Shown one piece after another: positions 60,086-64,000 of a DNA stretch of 64,000 nt; the stretch's first letter is position 1, and each line of letters opens with the position of its first letter. The stretch is from Candidatus Oxydemutatoraceae bacterium. GTDB lineage: Bacteria > Pseudomonadota > Gammaproteobacteria > Poriferisulfidales > Oxydemutatoraceae. The stretch covers positions 1,152,001 through 1,216,000 of the forward strand of contig OZ244717.1 in the NCBI GenBank assembly GCA_965218975.1, given 5' to 3'. Position numbers and translations under genes: made by a program. Below the pieces are notes generated by a model, which did not search any database, was not told the DNA's origin, and saw nothing but the letters and a program-made list of their open reading frames with translations.

Positions 60086-61761
60086 TGCTCACAGGCAAGC
60101 ATTGTCGCTTTACTTTCATTACGCCGTTTTACTTCAATATGGTTTCCCCTTAAACCATGCTTGCTGATGACGACACGATAGGGAATTCCGATTAAATCAG
60201 CATCGGCGAACATTGTGCCGGTGTGCAGATTGCGGTCATCCAACAGCACTTCTATCTGTGCCTGCTCTAATTGTTGATGCAATTCATCGGTTACACGGTG
60301 CACGTTTCCATAGGATTCATATCGTATTGGTGTGATGAGAACCGAGAAAGGTGCCAGCGGCAAAGGCCAGATAATGCCGTCGTCATCATAATTTTGTTCA
60401 ATTGCCGCGGCGACGATGCGTGAGATACCGATGCCGTAACAGCCCATTGTCATAGTTTGCAATTTACCATCTTGGTTCAGCACTTGCGCTTTCATCAATT
60501 CGCTGTATTTGGTGCCTAGTTTGAAAATATGCCCAACTTCAATGCCGCGTTTGATGGTGATCGGGCTTTGGTCGGTTAAAGTGAGTTCGCCCTCTTCCAC
60601 GTTGCGCAAATCGGCAGTATCCGGCTGCGTCGCATCCGTTCCCCAATTCACACCGGTATAGTGCATATCATCCCGGTTCGCTCCGCAAACGAAATCAACC
60701 ATCGCCGCTGCCGCATGGTCAATAATCATCGGCAAATTCAACCGCACCGGCCCTAACGAACCGGGACGGCAACCGGCCAGTGAGACAATTTGCTCTTCGT
60801 TTGCAAACTCTAGCGGTGATGCGACGTCAGGATGTTTCTGTGCTTTGACAGTATTGAGCGTATGATCGCCGCGTATAAATAAAGCAATAATGCCACCGTT
60901 ATTACTCTTAACAAATAACGCTTTTAGACATTGTTGCGAGGTAAAGTTAAACTGTTTGCATAATTCAGCGATCGTTTTAACATTAGGCGTTTTTAATTCT
61001 GCCAGTGTTTGTTGCGCAGCATGTTGTTGCTTAAGCGGTGCACAAGGAACTAGTTCGACATTAGCAGCATACGAACCACTTTTGGAAAAAGCAATGGTAT
61101 CCTCGCCCGAATCCGCCAATACGTGAAACTCATGCGACTCGTTACCGCCGATAGAACCGGTATCGGCAAGTACCGCACGGAAATCAAGCTGTAAGCGTTG
61201 TAGAATCCTGCTATAAGCGTCATACATTTTTTGATAGGTTTCATTCAACGAATTTTGATCTATATGAAAGGAATAGGCATCTTTCATGATAAATTCGCGT
61301 GCTCGCATTACACCGAAACGCGGGCGAATTTCATCGCGAAATTTGGTTTGAATTTGATAGTAGTTAACAGGAAGTTGACGATAACTGGTTAGTTCGGAAC
61401 GTGCGATATCGGTAATAACTTCTTCGTGAGTCGGGCCATACACGAAATCACGCTGGTGTCGGTCGACAATGCGTAATAACTCAGGACCATAATCATTCCA
61501 TCGTTTTGATTCCTGCCACAACACTGCCGGTTGTATCGTCGGCATTAATAATTCAATCGCCCCCGCCGCATTCATTTCTTCGCGTACGATCGTTTCCACT
61601 TTACGTAAACTACGCAGTCCTAGCGGTAACCAGCTGTACAAGCCACCGGAAATTTTACGAATCATGCCGCTACGCAACATCAGGCGATGGCTAGTGATTT
61701 CGGCGTCAGAAGGGACTTCTTTCGTTGTTGAAAGTGGAAGGTCGGAAACACGCATTACCAC
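60040..61761 (-). CDS. proS: Proline--tRNA ligase
   Basis: GPTHEE, KFRDEIRPRFGVMRAREF, INS editing domain, RGIEVGHIF, MGCYGIG. Confidence 0.98.
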   Translation of the reverse strand: MVMRVSDLPLSTTKEVPSDAEITSHRLMLRSGMIRKISGGLYSWLPLGLRSLRKVETIVREEMNAAGAIELLMPTIQPAVLWQESKRWNDYGPELLRIVDRHQRDFVYGPTHEEVITDIARSELTSYRQLPVNYYQIQTKFRDEIRPRFGVMRAREFIMKDAYSFHIDQNSLNETYQKMYDAYSRILQRLQLDFRAVLADTGSIGGNESHEFHVLADSGEDTIAFSKSGSYAANVELVPCAPLKQQHAAQQTLAELKTPNVKTIAELCKQFNFTSQQCLKALFVKSNNGGIIALFIRGDHTLNTVKAQKHPDVASPLEFANEEQIVSLAGCRPGSLGPVRLNLPMIIDHAAAAMVDFVCGANRDDMHYTGVNWGTDATQPDTADLRNVEEGELTLTDQSPITIKRGIEVGHIFKLGTKYSELMKAQVLNQDGKLQTMTMGCYGIGISRIVAAAIEQNYDDDGIIWPLPLAPFSVLITPIRYESYGNVHRVTDELHQQLEQAQIEVLLDDRNLHTGTMFADADLIGIPYRVVISKHGLRGNHIEVKRRNESKATMLACEQCAEYLIRQIQSQVS

Positions 61762-61875
61762 AAAGAAATTTAAATGGATTTATTTTAGCAGATTTATCGG
61801 TTTCCTTTTAGAATAAGCAAATATGACAGCGCACGGCATTGTGGCGCGTTTTAACGATATATGATAGTAATAATA

Positions 61876-62945
61876 TGATGTCTTTGTTTGATCGTTGGCG
61901 ACAACAATATCTTGAAAACCCACAAGTTGTATTTCTGGTTTTTTTTCTCGTTTCAGTTTTCAGTTTGATTATTTTTGCCGGGGACATTCTTGCACCGATT
62001 CTTGCAAGTTTAGTTATCGCGTATGTGCTGGACGGCGGAATCACTTTTCTAAAAAGGTATCAAGTACCACGCATAATGGCCTTATTATTGATTTACCTGA
62101 CGTTTATTGCTGCGGGATTTGTTATCGCGATGTTCATTATTCCGTTACTATCGGAGCAGATTGCTCATTTTTTAAGGGATCTGCCGGAGATTATCGCACG
62201 CGGGCGCAATGTGTTGATGCGTTTGCCGAATCACTATCCGGAATTTATCAGTGCCGAATATCTCAACCAGATTATCGCTGGGTTTCGCAATGAGATTACT
62301 GGTCTTGGACAACAAATGCTGAGTATTTCACTGTCGTCGGTTGCAGGCTTTATCAGTTTTTTGATTTATGTGGTTTTGGTGCCGCTGCTAATCTTCTTTT
62401 TTCTAAAAGATAAAGAACAGATCCTTGGTTGGGCAAATACATTATTACCTAAGAAAGAAAGTCAAGCGCTGACACATACGGTTTGGTCGGAAGCGAATGC
62501 GGGGATTGCCAGTTATATTCGCGGTAAGCTGATTGAAATTGTAATTATTTGGGCGGTGAGTTGGATTCTTTTCGCTATACTAGGTTTGAAATACGCGCCG
62601 CTATTATCGTTTCTTGTCGGAATTTCAGTAATTGTTCCGTTTTTAGGCGCGGCAGTTGTCGCCATTCCGGTCGTGATGGTCGCTTACGCGCAATGGGGAA
62701 TGGAGGCACATTTTTTCTATGTGGTCATCGCGTACACTGTTCTGCAGTTTTTGGATGGCAATGTACTGGTACCACTATTGTTTTCCGAAATAGTTAATTT
62801 GCATCCGATTGCAATCATTAGCGCGGTGTTAGTATTCGGCGGTATTTGGGGAATATGGGGTGTCTTTTTTGCTATTCCGTTGGCAACGTTAGTGAACGCC
62901 GTATTGAAAGCTTGGCCGCGCGGACGGCATGCCGTAGTATCATAA
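61876..62945 (+). CDS. perM: AI-2E family transporter (PerM-like)
   Basis: Multi-TM, YIRGK..EI, QFLDGNVLVPLLFSE..NLHP, GVFFAIPLATLV. Start taken at ATG 61876. Confidence 0.88.
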
Positions 62946-62999
62946 AAGCAGTCTATTTTAAGAGAATTAAAAGTAGCTGCCCGCTTTCATTTGCAAGTC

Positions 63000-63467
63000 T
63001 TACTTTACTACTTCCTTTAGCGCTTGCAGCACTTCTTCCACGTGACCTAAAACTTTCACTTTACGCCATTCCCTGCGTAAAACGCTTTTAGCGTCAAACA
63101 GGAAAGTGCTACGTTCAATGCCGAAATATTTCCGACCGAACATACTTTTCTTTTTTAAGACACCAAATAATTTACACAATTGCTCATCGGTATCTGAGAT
63201 TAGCTCAAATGGAAAATTTTGTTTGGTTTTAAATTTCTCATGCGCAGCAATGCCGTCGCGTGAGACCCCGAATATGTGCGCTTTACTGCGTGAGAAGATG
63301 CTGATTTTATCGCGGAAATCCTGTCCTTCTTTTGTACATCCGGGCGTGTTGTCTTTAGGGTAGAAGTAGAGGATAAGCGGATGGCCTTTATGTGCGGCGG
63401 ATTTAAAGTCTGTTCTTCCTGTTGCAGGAAGAGTGATAGCGGGAAGTTTTTCACCGACTTTAATCAT
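63000..63467 (-). CDS. bcp: Peroxiredoxin Bcp/PrxQ family
   Basis: YFYPKDNTPGCT, GVSRD, GIERSTF. Start at ATG 63467. Confidence 0.93.
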   Translation of the reverse strand: MIKVGEKLPAITLPATGRTDFKSAAHKGHPLILYFYPKDNTPGCTKEGQDFRDKISIFSRSKAHIFGVSRDGIAAHEKFKTKQNFPFELISDTDEQLCKLFGVLKKKSMFGRKYFGIERSTFLFDAKSVLRREWRKVKVLGHVEEVLQALKEVVK

Positions 63468-63508
63468 GCCATGGATTCTATTGATGGACCCGCGGAATGT
63501 AAAGAGCT

Positions 63509-64000
63509 TGTACGATACCACCCTAAATGAGATTTTTGAAGGGCTTCGGGGGAAGCGTTCGGCAGTAACATTCGGATCGGTGCTTTCTGTCCGTTGCCGG
63601 CATGAGGACGGTGCAGGGTGAGACGCGCCCGGAAAACCGATCGGTTTTCAGCGGCGAACGACCCGACAAGGACGTCGGGGCTGGCGCTCATTGACAGAAC
63701 CCAGTCTCGTCATGGGTGAGACGCGCCCGGAAAACCAATTGGTTTTCAGCGGTGAACGACCCGACAAGGACGTCGGGGCTGGGGCTTGTTGACAGAACCC
63801 AGTCGCGTCATGATGGACGACAGGCACTTTGCCGACAATCCGGCACAATCCGCTGACAACACGGCAACAAACACAAAACGGTTTCATAATCAATCATTGA
63901 ATGCTTCCGTATCGGCGAATAGCAGGTCTTCTGCATGATCGATACAATCTTCTTGGACCGTACGGTTGAAGTGCTCGTTATAAGCATTCATTTTGGGGTA
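63509..64000 (-). mobile_element. Locus F: family-1 IS481 remnant running off the window
   Basis: Right TIR TGTACGATACCACCCTAAATGAGATT at 63509; HRPHAG C-terminus; FNRTVQEDCIDHAEDLLFAD fragment near the edge. Confidence 0.88.
63614..63887 (-). repeat. Repeat dimer with 98-bp junction (second unit variant B) plus duplicated tail
   Basis: GGGTGAG at 63616 and 63714; same architecture as 56730-57000. Confidence 0.93.

Overview
A 64-kb chromosomal segment of a gammaproteobacterium, judged from gene content and order. Most of it is housekeeping: wbpL/wbpM-like genes, miaB-ybeZ-ybeY-corC-lnt-manC-leuS-lptE, holA-proA-nadD-rsfS-yhdP, an Fe3+ ABC transporter with a Fur-like box, ilvE, hldE, waaF, proS, perM and bcp. 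It also holds a C1/methylated-amine island at about 32.8-50.5 kb (mgdABCD-like, fhs, folD, TorF-like porin, degenerate PAS-GGDEF-EAL protein, soluble NarX/NarL-like pair, GcvT/DmmD-like protein, class I amidotransferase, orphan secreted protein). The most unusual feature is five loci of decayed IS481-family elements from two related families. They contain 22 copies, counted by eye, of one hairpin-rich 107-bp repeat. The repeat occurs only inside these transposase genes and always in the same orientation as the transposase. It sits at recurring positions as monomers or head-to-tail arrays of up to four, replaces coding sequence, and appears to have moved between positions and between IS families. 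This may be an undescribed IS-targeting element or repeat/transposase-fragment array. Misassembly must be excluded with long reads. I saw no rRNA, tRNA or canonical CRISPR array. All protein calls are from motif recognition; no searches were run.
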